IMG/VR virus record: IMGVR_UViG_3300032286_001171
Location: 1-27,446 of that record
From: a virus
Lineage: Duplodnaviria; Caudoviricetes
Length of the DNA stretch: 27,446 bases
Direction: 5' to 3' (one strand)
The position numbers and the translations under genes were made by a program. This document shows, one piece after another, positions 1 to 8,569 of this stretch. The first letter of the stretch is position 1; each line of letters opens with the position of its first letter. The notes beneath the pieces are model-generated. The model saw only the letters and a program-made list of their open reading frames with translations, did no database searches and was not told where the DNA came from.

Positions 1-552
1 ACGTTCGCTAAGTTTAATGAACATTTTGCCTAGTTCTTCTGTGATACGTCCTTGTTCTTTGTTAAATCGACCGGTGTCCATAGGGCCACGCCAGTGACTT
101 TTGCCTACACAGACTAATTCTCCTTGATCGTTGAATTTCCAATGCTGAAATGGAGGAAAATTGACCTTTTCGTGGCTGTCCGAAGTGCTTTTTGTAGTTT
201 TCTTACGTCCTGGGGATAAAGGTATATGCTCAAAAGTCATTACTCTAAAAACAATATCAGTATTCTCAATAGTGGCAACATCTGGAATCAGTTCGGCCAG
301 TTTTATTTTTTTATCCCCTGCAGCTCTAGCAGTATTAAATTGTTGTAGTCCTATTCGTTTAGCTCTATTTACTTTGGCATCTTCGATAATGCTGTCGGTA
401 ATTTTTTTAAGTTCTGATACAATAATATCGTGTTGGCTGTACTCTTTGTTGGTAAAACTGGAAAATGTACATTTGCTTCTGTGTATTTCTGTGAGTAAAT
501 CGCGATTGTTGAGGTATTTTACCTTTCTTGTTGTGGCTATGGGTGTGGTCAT
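1..552 (-). CDS. gp55: Late-transcription sigma factor, T4 gp55-like (N-terminal 184 codons; continues past the left edge)
   Basis: Not in the ORF track. Manual translation from ATG at 552 is open to position 1: MTTPIATTRKVKYLNNRDLLTEIHRSK...KVNFPPFQHWKF...GKSHWRG...GRITEELGKMFIKLSER. 'YLNNxDLLxEI' and 'ITxELGxMFxKLxER' resemble gp55-family motifs. An AAGGA element lies upstream, and TAAATA late boxes in the window fit this call. Confidence 0.75.
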   Translation of the reverse strand, partial: MTTPIATTRKVKYLNNRDLLTEIHRSKCTFSSFTNKEYSQHDIIVSELKKITDSIIEDAKVNRAKRIGLQQFNTARAAGDKKIKLAELIPDVATIENTDIVFRVMTFEHIPLSPGRKKTTKSTSDSHEKVNFPPFQHWKFNDQGELVCVGKSHWRGPMDTGRFNKEQGRITEELGKMFIKLSER

Positions 553-576
553 TGTTATAGTTTTTCCTTACCTATT

Positions 577-605
577 ATTATAACATCTGTAATGTTAGAG
601 GTCAA
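577..605 (-). promoter_or_regulatory. Sigma70-type promoter for the late sigma gene
   Basis: The minus strand reads TTGACC-N17-TATAAT (-35 at 605-600, -10 at 582-577) with a TGn extended -10, about 25 nt upstream of the ATG at 552. Confidence 0.75.
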
Positions 606-624
606 AGGCTTTAAAATGGCACTA

Positions 625-632
625 TATTTATG
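625..632 (-). promoter_or_regulatory. Possible late promoter (CATAAATA) facing the late sigma gene
   Basis: The minus strand reads CATAAATA, a 7/8 match to TATAAATA and the mirror image of the box at 634-641. Confidence 0.4.
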
Positions 633-633
633 T

Positions 634-641
634 GGTAAATA
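634..641 (+). promoter_or_regulatory. T4-like late promoter (GGTAAATA) for the baseplate operon
   Basis: TAAATA core 25 nt upstream of the first structural gene (ATG 667), followed by an AAGGA ribosome-binding site. The T4 late consensus is TATAAATA. Confidence 0.6.
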
Positions 642-666
642 TTATATAAGGAAAATAAAATAAATT

Positions 667-1974
667 ATGCCACAGTTCACTAGCACAAAAACTTCGGGCA
701 ATGGATTAACGGTCTCTACCGTAATAGATACTGAAACAAATACACAGACCATTACGGTTACTACACCGGACGGTAAGTCAGCTTCTGTAACTGAGGATGG
801 TAACTTCAAAGGTAACTTCACCAGACCGTCTAATGTTAAGATAAACAACCTCATTAAAGATTTAGAAGCACAGGGAGCCACGGACCTAAATCTTACAGAT
901 GTAGGCAGTGCTGCCAGAGCGTCTAGCCAAGATGCAGTTCGTCAGAAAGAACTAACTAAACCACCCGCAGTAGATACCCCCCCGCCGGATCCACCTCCTG
1001 CTACACCACCTCCTACCACAGTTCTTCCGCCTGCCACAGAGACTACCCAGCCGGCTGCAGAGACTCCACCACCACCGCCATCAACTGAACAGGCCGAAGC
1101 TGTTGTTACTGCTCAGGTACAGACTGACACCGCTGCCGTCACAAATCCACCACAGTCTGAATTAGATTCGGCAGCTAAACTTGAAACGGCAGATATTGTA
1201 GATACCTCAAATCAGGTTGTTGATGAACGGGCTGAAAATCGTGCAAAAAATGTACAACCCTATGTAGATGAATCTACATCCAGGGCAGCCGCCGCCGGGC
1301 TATCTGCCGGGGCCGAAAAAGCTGCCCCGCCCCCTACCAGTGTCACAGTTGTTAACCGCCAAGGCAGTAAAATGGGGAAAGATTTTAGAGTTAGACTGCG
1401 TGTACCTGCCAAATATCTAGATCCTGGCGGTATGACTGCACCATTGATATCACTTGGTGGTATAATTTTTCCTTATACTCCTACGATCAGTTATGAAGCC
1501 AAAGCAGATTACGGGGCCAGTAACCCCATGCACAGCAATTTTGCTGTTAATTTTTATCAGCGTAGTAGCATAAGTGCTATTTCTATTACTGGAAAATTTT
1601 CGGTTCAAAACACCAAAGATGCCGAAATTTATTTGGCCACAATGCATTTGTTAAAGGCACTAATTAGAATGAGATCGGGAGGTGCCAATAATGGAGATAA
1701 GGATAGTGGCGCTCCCCCTCCAGTATGCAGATTAGATGGATATGGTACTATGATGCTAGAAAATGCACCTGTAGTTATTACAAGTTATCGAGCTGAATTT
1801 CCTGATTCGGTCGATTATTTCACTGTATCATTAAATGATAATAAAAAGTCTAGTGTTCCAACTTTGTCCACTATTGCTATTACCTGTTTGCCTATGTACA
1901 GCAGAGAAGAAATGCAGAAATTTTCTGTCACTGGGTATCTCAATGGATCATATAAAGGTAGAGGGTTTATCTAA
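667..1974 (+). CDS. Baseplate tube-initiator/cap protein (gp48/gp54-like tube fold) with a long low-complexity N-terminal extension
   Basis: The C-terminal ~200 aa has tube-like motifs: IIFPYTPTI, ISITGKFSVQN, GAPPPVCRLDGYG, PVVITSY..EFPDSVDY, VPTLSTIAITCLPMYSR. It lies directly before a LysM-like gene and the hub, the usual order in contractile tails. The N-terminal ~230 aa includes a Pro/Thr/Ala-rich stretch. Confidence 0.65.
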   Translation: MPQFTSTKTSGNGLTVSTVIDTETNTQTITVTTPDGKSASVTEDGNFKGNFTRPSNVKINNLIKDLEAQGATDLNLTDVGSAARASSQDAVRQKELTKPPAVDTPPPDPPPATPPPTTVLPPATETTQPAAETPPPPPSTEQAEAVVTAQVQTDTAAVTNPPQSELDSAAKLETADIVDTSNQVVDERAENRAKNVQPYVDESTSRAAAAGLSAGAEKAAPPPTSVTVVNRQGSKMGKDFRVRLRVPAKYLDPGGMTAPLISLGGIIFPYTPTISYEAKADYGASNPMHSNFAVNFYQRSSISAISITGKFSVQNTKDAEIYLATMHLLKALIRMRSGGANNGDKDSGAPPPVCRLDGYGTMMLENAPVVITSYRAEFPDSVDYFTVSLNDNKKSSVPTLSTIAITCLPMYSREEMQKFSVTGYLNGSYKGRGFI

Positions 1975-2273
1975 TGTCTGAATACAATTCATTTAGTCCG
2001 TACTATACAACTTCCCTAGTTAACGGTTATTTAGATGTTATGACGTTTAGGGATATTCCTGGTCAAACTGACGATACTTTATTTGAAATAGTTTCTACTT
2101 ATGAATTTCGCCCTGATTTATTAGCCTATGACCTTTATCAAGAAACTAAATTATGGTGGGTATTTGCCATGCGTAATAAGGAAATTCTCAAAGATCCTAT
2201 TTACGACATGACAGCAGGAACAAAGATCTATCTTCCTAAATTATCTGTAATTAAACGAGTATTGGGAGTATAA
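1974..2273 (+). CDS. Baseplate wedge protein, gp53/LysM-like
   Basis: 99 aa with RPDLLAYDLY...LWWVFAMRN...DPIYDMTAGTKIYLP, a typical gp53/LysM pattern. Coupled to the upstream gene by a TAATG overlap. Confidence 0.8.
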   Translation: MSEYNSFSPYYTTSLVNGYLDVMTFRDIPGQTDDTLFEIVSTYEFRPDLLAYDLYQETKLWWVFAMRNKEILKDPIYDMTAGTKIYLPKLSVIKRVLGV

Positions 2274-2276
2274 CGC

Positions 2277-5200
2277 ATGCCTGAAAATGCTGTAGTGGAA
2301 AGAAAAACCAACGATCCCGAAAGTACCAAAACAACCAATCAGCCAACAAAAGATGCCGATGCTGTACAAATTTATTCATCGTCGGGAAAACAAAATGTAC
2401 TAAACAAATATCGATCGTATACCTACAATTTTACATTGTCTGCACTTACCACTCAAGAATCTAATTCACCTGCATCATATAGGAGCAGTGAATTAAATTT
2501 AGTAATACTAAAGTCTGGGGGTAAGGGAAATGTCGATTGGGTACCTCCTGCCAGTCCTGCTAAATTTGACATGTTTATAGAAAATGTTGAAATAGAAACA
2601 ATTATGGCATTCACTCCTGAGGGCGGCCTTACCCAACCGTTACAGATTAAATTTGATGTTATTGAACCTTACAGTATTAATGGATTTATAGAAGCAATAC
2701 ATTTAGCTGCGGTAAAAGCTGGATATGACAGTTATTCTAATGCCAGTTTTCTGTTGAAAATGGAATTTGTTGGATATCCTGATAATGTAGATTTGCCTGA
2801 ACCTGAAATTGTTGAAAAATCTACTAGATATTTTGTTTTTCGTTTTACAGGAATGACGGTTGAGGTTACTGAGCGTGGTACAAAATATGCCTGCTCAGGT
2901 GTTCCGTTTGGGGACATGGCATTTGGTCAGGCGGGAAAATTAAAAAAACCAATAAAGATGTCAGGCGAAACCGTCAAAGATATATTAAAAGCATTAATGA
3001 AAGGACTCAGCGAGCAGGAAGCATATTCAGATGATAAATCTAAAACTCAATCTCTTGATTCTGATTCATATGCAATAAGTTTTCGAAGTTTTATGGGTGG
3101 TAGTTTTGTAGAAGATGAGAATGGGGCGATACCCAAGAGTAAATTAATTGAGCTCGGCAAAGATAATTCTCTTTATAAAATAGTAGATCCCGCCGATACT
3201 ACTAAACCTAATGCTTATCAGGTTGACAGTGCCACTCAACCTACCGCTGGTAATAATCCTGGAACCATCAAATATAATCCTAAAGAAACTGTAGTACAAT
3301 TTCCTGAAGGAGCTAATATTCATGAAGTTATTTCAGCAGTCGTTAGAGATAGTCAATATGTTAGAAACATTATCAAAACTTTGCCTATTGATTCTTATGG
3401 AATGGTAAACTATTTTAGTGTTAGGGCAGAAATTACAAATAAAACACAAATTAATCCTGATACTAAAAAGCCCTATCAAATTTTTACCTATGTAGTTAGT
3501 CCTTTTAAGATTCATTATACAGCTATACCTACTTATGAAGCTAATAAGATAGATGAAAAAAAATTAAAAAAACTAACAAATAGAGAATACAACTACATAT
3601 ATACAGGAAAAAATGTAGATGTCCTACATTTTAGATTGAATTTTAATAATTTATATTTTGAGGCTTTGCCCACAGCTTTAGGAAACAAAGAAACTCCGGG
3701 GACTAAAACAGCCGCCTCCCCTGGAAAGCAGCCGGAAATTAAATATACAAGTTCAGCACCCAGCGGTGGTTCTGTTCCTGCGGTTCCAAAAAATGTAGAT
3801 CCTGGGGTAACATCTGTAAGACCTCCTAGTGGGTATAATGCCAGCCAGCCACTCAACGATCCCTATAGTATTCTAGCCAAGAGCATGCATGAAAAAGTTC
3901 TCAATAGTGTTAGTCTATTGACTGGAGAGCTAGAAATTATAGGAGATCCTTTTTATCTAGTTACTGGAGGAGTAGGCAATTACAATCCGTCATCTAGCGG
4001 TGGACTTACACAAGACGGTGAGGCCGCACATACTGTTGGCCAGGTATTGATAACAATAAATTTTAGAAATCCCATAGATATTAAACCTGACGGTATGATG
4101 TACTTTGATGCCAATCGAGTTCCCTTTAGTGGAGTCTATATGGTACAGCAGGCTAACAGTACATTCAAAGATGGAATTTTTAAACAAGTATTAAAAATTA
4201 TTCGAGTACCTGGACAAATTATTGATCAAGACCTATCACCTAGCGACCCTAAGGATGGTATGGTATTATCACCTAATCCTTTAGATTCTCAAGTGGAAGA
4301 TACTACTTTTGCGGTACCCAGAGGCGAGAGGTTAGATGCATCTAGTGTTCAGGAACAGTTTGGTAGAGGAACACCTACTCCTGGTTTACCTGGTTCGCCG
4401 GTAAATGCTGTAGCGGCAACGGGAGGATTAGGGGGGAATTCTACATCATTGCTGAATCAAACTTTGGGATCTTTTCCTTCTGCAGGTTCATTATTGGCTA
4501 AATCTGCACAGATAGGACTGCCTTTGCCCGACGACGTTGCAACCAATATCAGACTAAGTTCATCTGGACTGGCCGATCTTAGCCAATATTCTTTGGCTAA
4601 CGCAGCTAAGGTTGTATCAACTGTGAAAAATTTACCAGGTGCCCTAAGTCTAGACAACGCTAAAACATTAGCCGGAAATCTTTCTTCAAATGCCATTAGT
4701 AGGGCATTAACAACAATTAATCCCGGCTCGGGAATAGGGCAAGGAGCAACATCTTTATTGTTCTCAGCAGCCGATCTAGCACTTACAGGAGGCACTTTGA
4801 GTCTATTAACTAACGGGCCTATGGGCAGTATAGCTACTTCTGTTATGGGAAAAGTAGTAGGACTTGGTGCAGATCAAATAAGTGGACTGGTTGGAAATGC
4901 TTCCAACAAAGTAGGTGCATTGTTAGGATCAGCAGCTGATCCCAAAGCATTGGCCGCTAAGGTAGGACTTGACCCTAGCAAGCTATCTGGTCTAGGCGGA
5001 AATCTGCAGAGTAAACTTTTAGGATCAATAGGTAAATTTAAAACACTACCAGAAAATGTCAATCTAACTCAGGCTGCTGCCAATGGCCTAGTTTTAGATT
5101 ACATTCCTGCTAACAAATTGGCCAATATTCCGGCCACGGCCCCATATGCAACTGCACCACCTCCAGATGTTGATACCGCTTATCTCAAAGAAGTTGCCGG

Positions 5201-5615
5201 TAAAGGTGGGCCAAGGGCATTGGCCAATCTCTATGGTGTTAGCAGTGTAGATAAAATTTCATCTAACATACTGCCTAAAGACCTGGCAAACACCGCACTA
5301 AGTAGTATTTCAGCGGGGCAGTTTAACCCACTATCTAATCTACGATCGGTTGGAAATTTAACTGATATTAAATCTTTTACAGATAAAGTTGCTGGAGCTA
5401 ATTCACAGTTATCTTCATTGACCGGTCTTCCTTTTATCAAAGATCAAAACATAGTAGGGTCTGTTGCAGCAAAATTCGGAAGTGCTGCATTAGGGCAGAG
5501 CCCTTTGACTAAATTAGTTAATAACATAGGAAACCCTAATGCTGCTCCATATACAGGCGGTGATGCTGCTATTAGATCAAAATTAGGGATACCTCCACTT
5601 CCTGGAATTGGTTAA
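2277..5615 (+). CDS. Baseplate hub protein (gp27/VgrG-N-like) with a ~430-aa Gly/Ala/Leu/Ser-rich C-terminal extension
   Basis: Lies between the gp53-like and gp5-like genes. Hub-type motifs: NVLNKYRSYTYNFTL, FDVIEPYS, LLKMEFVGY, LEIIGDPFYL, FSGVYMV..ANSTFKDGIFKQVL. GGAG SD upstream. Confidence 0.65.
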   Translation: MPENAVVERKTNDPESTKTTNQPTKDADAVQIYSSSGKQNVLNKYRSYTYNFTLSALTTQESNSPASYRSSELNLVILKSGGKGNVDWVPPASPAKFDMFIENVEIETIMAFTPEGGLTQPLQIKFDVIEPYSINGFIEAIHLAAVKAGYDSYSNASFLLKMEFVGYPDNVDLPEPEIVEKSTRYFVFRFTGMTVEVTERGTKYACSGVPFGDMAFGQAGKLKKPIKMSGETVKDILKALMKGLSEQEAYSDDKSKTQSLDSDSYAISFRSFMGGSFVEDENGAIPKSKLIELGKDNSLYKIVDPADTTKPNAYQVDSATQPTAGNNPGTIKYNPKETVVQFPEGANIHEVISAVVRDSQYVRNIIKTLPIDSYGMVNYFSVRAEITNKTQINPDTKKPYQIFTYVVSPFKIHYTAIPTYEANKIDEKKLKKLTNREYNYIYTGKNVDVLHFRLNFNNLYFEALPTALGNKETPGTKTAASPGKQPEIKYTSSAPSGGSVPAVPKNVDPGVTSVRPPSGYNASQPLNDPYSILAKSMHEKVLNSVSLLTGELEIIGDPFYLVTGGVGNYNPSSSGGLTQDGEAAHTVGQVLITINFRNPIDIKPDGMMYFDANRVPFSGVYMVQQANSTFKDGIFKQVLKIIRVPGQIIDQDLSPSDPKDGMVLSPNPLDSQVEDTTFAVPRGERLDASSVQEQFGRGTPTPGLPGSPVNAVAATGGLGGNSTSLLNQTLGSFPSAGSLLAKSAQIGLPLPDDVATNIRLSSSGLADLSQYSLANAAKVVSTVKNLPGALSLDNAKTLAGNLSSNAISRALTTINPGSGIGQGATSLLFSAADLALTGGTLSLLTNGPMGSIATSVMGKVVGLGADQISGLVGNASNKVGALLGSAADPKALAAKVGLDPSKLSGLGGNLQSKLLGSIGKFKTLPENVNLTQAAANGLVLDYIPANKLANIPATAPYATAPPPDVDTAYLKEVAGKGGPRALANLYGVSSVDKISSNILPKDLANTALSSISAGQFNPLSNLRSVGNLTDIKSFTDKVAGANSQLSSLTGLPFIKDQNIVGSVAAKFGSAALGQSPLTKLVNNIGNPNAAPYTGGDAAIRSKLGIPPLPGIG

Positions 5616-5627
5616 TAGGGAATTATT

Positions 5628-8066
5628 ATGGCTTTTGACGAAAGAAAACGATCACCTCCTCCATCAGCTGGACCTTTTCTAGCTGAAGTTAGGAGTCATC
5701 TTGATCCGATCTATATGGGTAAATTAGAAGTTTCTATAGTTAAAAACATGCCGGGTTGGATAAAAACTCAAGCTGAAACTTACATTGCTAGTTATTGCAG
5801 CCCATTTATGGGGTCCACCTCTGTTAGATATGAGGGAAATAATAGTAGTGATTTTAATGACGTGCAAAAAACTTATGGATTTTGGGCAATACCTCCCGAC
5901 ATAGGTAATACCGTTATGATAATGTTTATTGAAGGTGATGCTAACCAATGTTATTGGTTTGGTTGTGTACAAGATCCATTTCAAAATCATATGATTCCCG
6001 GAATTGCGGCTAGTAAAAATGTAGCAATGACTGGTGAACAACGTAGAAAGTACGGTACAGATTTTTTACCTGTAGCAGAAGGTCATAAATCCTCTCTTAG
6101 TGAAAGCGAAACTCCGGCAGGAAAGGCCAAACCAGTACATCCATTTGCTGAAAGATTACTGCAACAGGGGCTATTGCTTGATACCATCAGGGGAGTAACT
6201 ACCAGTGGTGCTAGAAGAGAAGTTCCTAGTGGAGTTTTTGGTATTTCAACTCCGGGGCCGTTAGACACCAGTTCCGGAGCTAAAAGAGGAAAAATTGGAT
6301 ACGGTGACGGAAAAGAAGCTCCGGTTAGTAGATTGGGCGGTAGTACCTTTGTTATGGATGACGGTGATGTCAATGGGCAAAATGAATTAGTCAGAATTAG
6401 GACCAGGACAGGTCATCAAATTTTAATGCATAACAGTTATGATCTAATTTATATTGGTAATAGTAAAGGCACTGCATGGGTTGAATTAACCAGTAACGGT
6501 AAAATAGATATTTTTGCTCATGATTCAGTTTCTATTCATAGCGAACACGATTTTAATTTCCGTGCAGATAGGGATATAAATTTTGAAGCAGGCAGAAATA
6601 TTCATATTAGTGCTGGTAAAAATATGGAAACCAATGTTGGTGGATACTATTTTCTTTTAGTTGATGATAATTCTAAAATTTCGGTCAGGGGTACACAGGA
6701 CTATAGTGTCGGTGAAACTGCAAAACTTACTGTAGGTGGTAATCACGAAATATTAACAGGCAAAAGTTTTGTAGCCAGTGCCGATGGTGGGATTGATTTA
6801 AGTGGTGAAAGCCATGTCAGCATAGGTAGTGCAGCTAATTTAAATGTTGGAGCAAATGGAAATATTTTTGTTTCTGGCTCACAAATTGACTTAAATGGGC
6901 CTGCTGCCGCCGCCCCTGCTGTTGCCAGTCAGGCTGAGACTCCACCGGTTCTTACATTGTTTTCGTTGCCCAACAGACAGGTCTCTAAAGGATGGCCCAA
7001 CAGTGTTTTTTACAAGGCTGATGATATTAAAAGTATCATGCAGCGAGTTCCTACTCATGAGCCTTGGGATCAACATGAGAGTGTTAATCCTCAAAAATTT
7101 AGTCCTCAAGCGACAGATGTTACTTCGGCACCAAGGCCAGGAATACCTCCCCCGCCAGTTACCCTAGGTGGTGAATTAGATGGAGGCGGAGGTGCTGCTG
7201 GAGGCGGAGGTGCTGCTGGAGGCGGAGGTGCTGCTGGAGGCGGAGGTGCTGCTGGAGGCGGAGGTGCTGCTGGAGGCGGTCAGGGAAATACACCCCCTCC
7301 AAAAGCCCAGGAGCCTGCTAATCAACCGGCTGTTGTACCGGGGACCTGTTCTCCTAACTATGCTAAAGAAATTAATTCTAGTGCAGCACAAACTGGTATT
7401 GCTGCCTTGAAGAAAGCCGCAGCAGAAATGGGGTTAACAAGTCCTTATGCCGTTGCTTCTTTACTTGGAGTTGCTGGAGGGGAAAGCCATTGGGAAATCG
7501 TTGAAGAAAAGTTTGGATATAGTGCAGATAGATTATTACAGGTATTTCCTAGTGTGTTTAAAGGTGATAGAGAGTTAGCACAAAAATATGCAGGAAATCC
7601 AAATAATAGTTTACCAGAATTTTTGTACGGATATGATACCGCAAAGGGTAAAGGATTAGGAAATACAGAGCCTGGTGATGGTGCTAAATTTATAGGTAGA
7701 GGGTATATAGGATTAACTGGTCGTGCAAACTATACCAATTTTAGTAAATGGATGTACGAGGCACGCAAATTACCTACTCCTACGGCCCTAGTCGACAATC
7801 CTAAAATGATCAACGACCCAAAAATTGCAGCAGAGGTCAGTGTTTTATACTTTTTAAAATTGGTAAAAACTGCTCAAACAGATCCTGGTTATTTTGAAGC
7901 TGCTTATAGAAGGGTCGGTTTCTGTACTCAAGACATTTACACTCGAAAAAAAGGGTATTACGAGTGTTTTCTTGCACAACTGAAAGGTACCACTGTAAGT
8001 AGTGGGTCTGGCGGAATAGTGACTGATGGCAGCGGAAACCCAATTAAAACTGGGTCTGCTAACTAA
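5628..8066 (+). CDS. gp5: Central spike, gp5/VgrG-like (OB fold plus beta-helix), with C-terminal GH19 lysozyme/chitinase-fold peptidoglycan hydrolase
   Basis: OB-fold motifs DPIYMGKLEV and YGFWAIPPDIGNTVMIMF..G...YWFGCV; RTRTGHQILM; beta-helix-like V/I-x-G repeats (about 6500-6900). GH19 motifs ES..EE..YSA.RL...F..LYG..GLGN..GDG.KF.GRGYI.LTGRANY (about 7440-7975). Confidence 0.85.
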   Translation: MAFDERKRSPPPSAGPFLAEVRSHLDPIYMGKLEVSIVKNMPGWIKTQAETYIASYCSPFMGSTSVRYEGNNSSDFNDVQKTYGFWAIPPDIGNTVMIMFIEGDANQCYWFGCVQDPFQNHMIPGIAASKNVAMTGEQRRKYGTDFLPVAEGHKSSLSESETPAGKAKPVHPFAERLLQQGLLLDTIRGVTTSGARREVPSGVFGISTPGPLDTSSGAKRGKIGYGDGKEAPVSRLGGSTFVMDDGDVNGQNELVRIRTRTGHQILMHNSYDLIYIGNSKGTAWVELTSNGKIDIFAHDSVSIHSEHDFNFRADRDINFEAGRNIHISAGKNMETNVGGYYFLLVDDNSKISVRGTQDYSVGETAKLTVGGNHEILTGKSFVASADGGIDLSGESHVSIGSAANLNVGANGNIFVSGSQIDLNGPAAAAPAVASQAETPPVLTLFSLPNRQVSKGWPNSVFYKADDIKSIMQRVPTHEPWDQHESVNPQKFSPQATDVTSAPRPGIPPPPVTLGGELDGGGGAAGGGGAAGGGGAAGGGGAAGGGGAAGGGQGNTPPPKAQEPANQPAVVPGTCSPNYAKEINSSAAQTGIAALKKAAAEMGLTSPYAVASLLGVAGGESHWEIVEEKFGYSADRLLQVFPSVFKGDRELAQKYAGNPNNSLPEFLYGYDTAKGKGLGNTEPGDGAKFIGRGYIGLTGRANYTNFSKWMYEARKLPTPTALVDNPKMINDPKIAAEVSVLYFLKLVKTAQTDPGYFEAAYRRVGFCTQDIYTRKKGYYECFLAQLKGTTVSSGSGGIVTDGSGNPIKTGSAN
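7181..7279 (+). repeat. Perfect 18-bp tandem repeat (TGGAGGCGGAGGTGCTGC x5.5) encoding (GGGGAA)n
   Basis: Directly visible. Copies start at 7181, 7199, 7217, 7235 and 7253, with a partial copy at 7271, and there are no mismatches. Confidence 0.97.
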
Positions 8067-8072
8067 TAAATA
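8065..8072 (+). promoter_or_regulatory. Late promoter AATAAATA, 5 nt before the gp25 ATG
   Basis: AATAAATA-CCACT-ATG, overlapping the gp5 stop codon; no SD is visible. Confidence 0.55.
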
Positions 8073-8077
8073 CCACT

Positions 8078-8515
8078 ATGCCATATAAAAATTTAGAAAT
8101 AACTAATCTTAACTATAATAATCAACATCCTAAATCTAGGAATCATATCTATAAAGGATTTAGCACAGTTGATCCTACTAACTATGGTGGAAAACTTTTT
8201 GATTTTGATTTAATTAAGCAAGACATAATTAATCATTTTAACACCAGGAAAGGTGAACGTGTAATGAACCCCACATTTGGAACCATCATATGGGATTTAA
8301 TTATGGAGCCGTTAACTGATCAAATCACAAGATTACTAACCGATGACATAACGGCAATATGTAATTTTGATCCTAGAGTCAGTCCTTTAGAAATAAAAAT
8401 TAATGAATATGATCAGGGATATCTGGTTGAATTAACCCTGTTGATGAAAAGTACAGATGAAACATCTACCCTGAGATTGGCCTTTGATCAAGCCATAGGT
8501 CTTAGAGTTCAATAA
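8078..8515 (+). CDS. gp25: Baseplate wedge/sheath-initiator protein gp25
   Basis: YKGFST...DFDLIKQDIINHFNTRKGERVMNPTFGTIIWDLIMEP...DPRV matches the GPW/gp25 signature; it lies between gp5 and gp6. Confidence 0.9.
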   Translation: MPYKNLEITNLNYNNQHPKSRNHIYKGFSTVDPTNYGGKLFDFDLIKQDIINHFNTRKGERVMNPTFGTIIWDLIMEPLTDQITRLLTDDITAICNFDPRVSPLEIKINEYDQGYLVELTLLMKSTDETSTLRLAFDQAIGLRVQ

Positions 8516-8535
8516 TATACCGGGTTTATTTTTGC

Positions 8536-8543
8536 TATAAATA
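8536..8543 (+). promoter_or_regulatory. T4-type late promoter TATAAATA
   Basis: Exact consensus in the gp25-gp6 intergenic gap, 26 nt upstream of ATG 8570. Confidence 0.75.
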
Positions 8544-8569
8544 CTCTATAGAATAGCAACCGTAAAACA

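Noticed and set aside
161-583. 140-aa hydrophobic plus-strand ORF
   Set aside because: Antisense shadow of the gp55-like gene, which has recognisable motifs, a promoter and an RBS.
7181-7279. Possible CRISPR array
   Set aside because: Head-to-tail units without spacers, within a coding linker; no cas genes.
7176-7410. ORFs with (EAEVLL)n and (ASSSTS)n repeats
   Set aside because: Alternative-frame readings of the 18-bp repeat inside gp5, with no independent expression signals.
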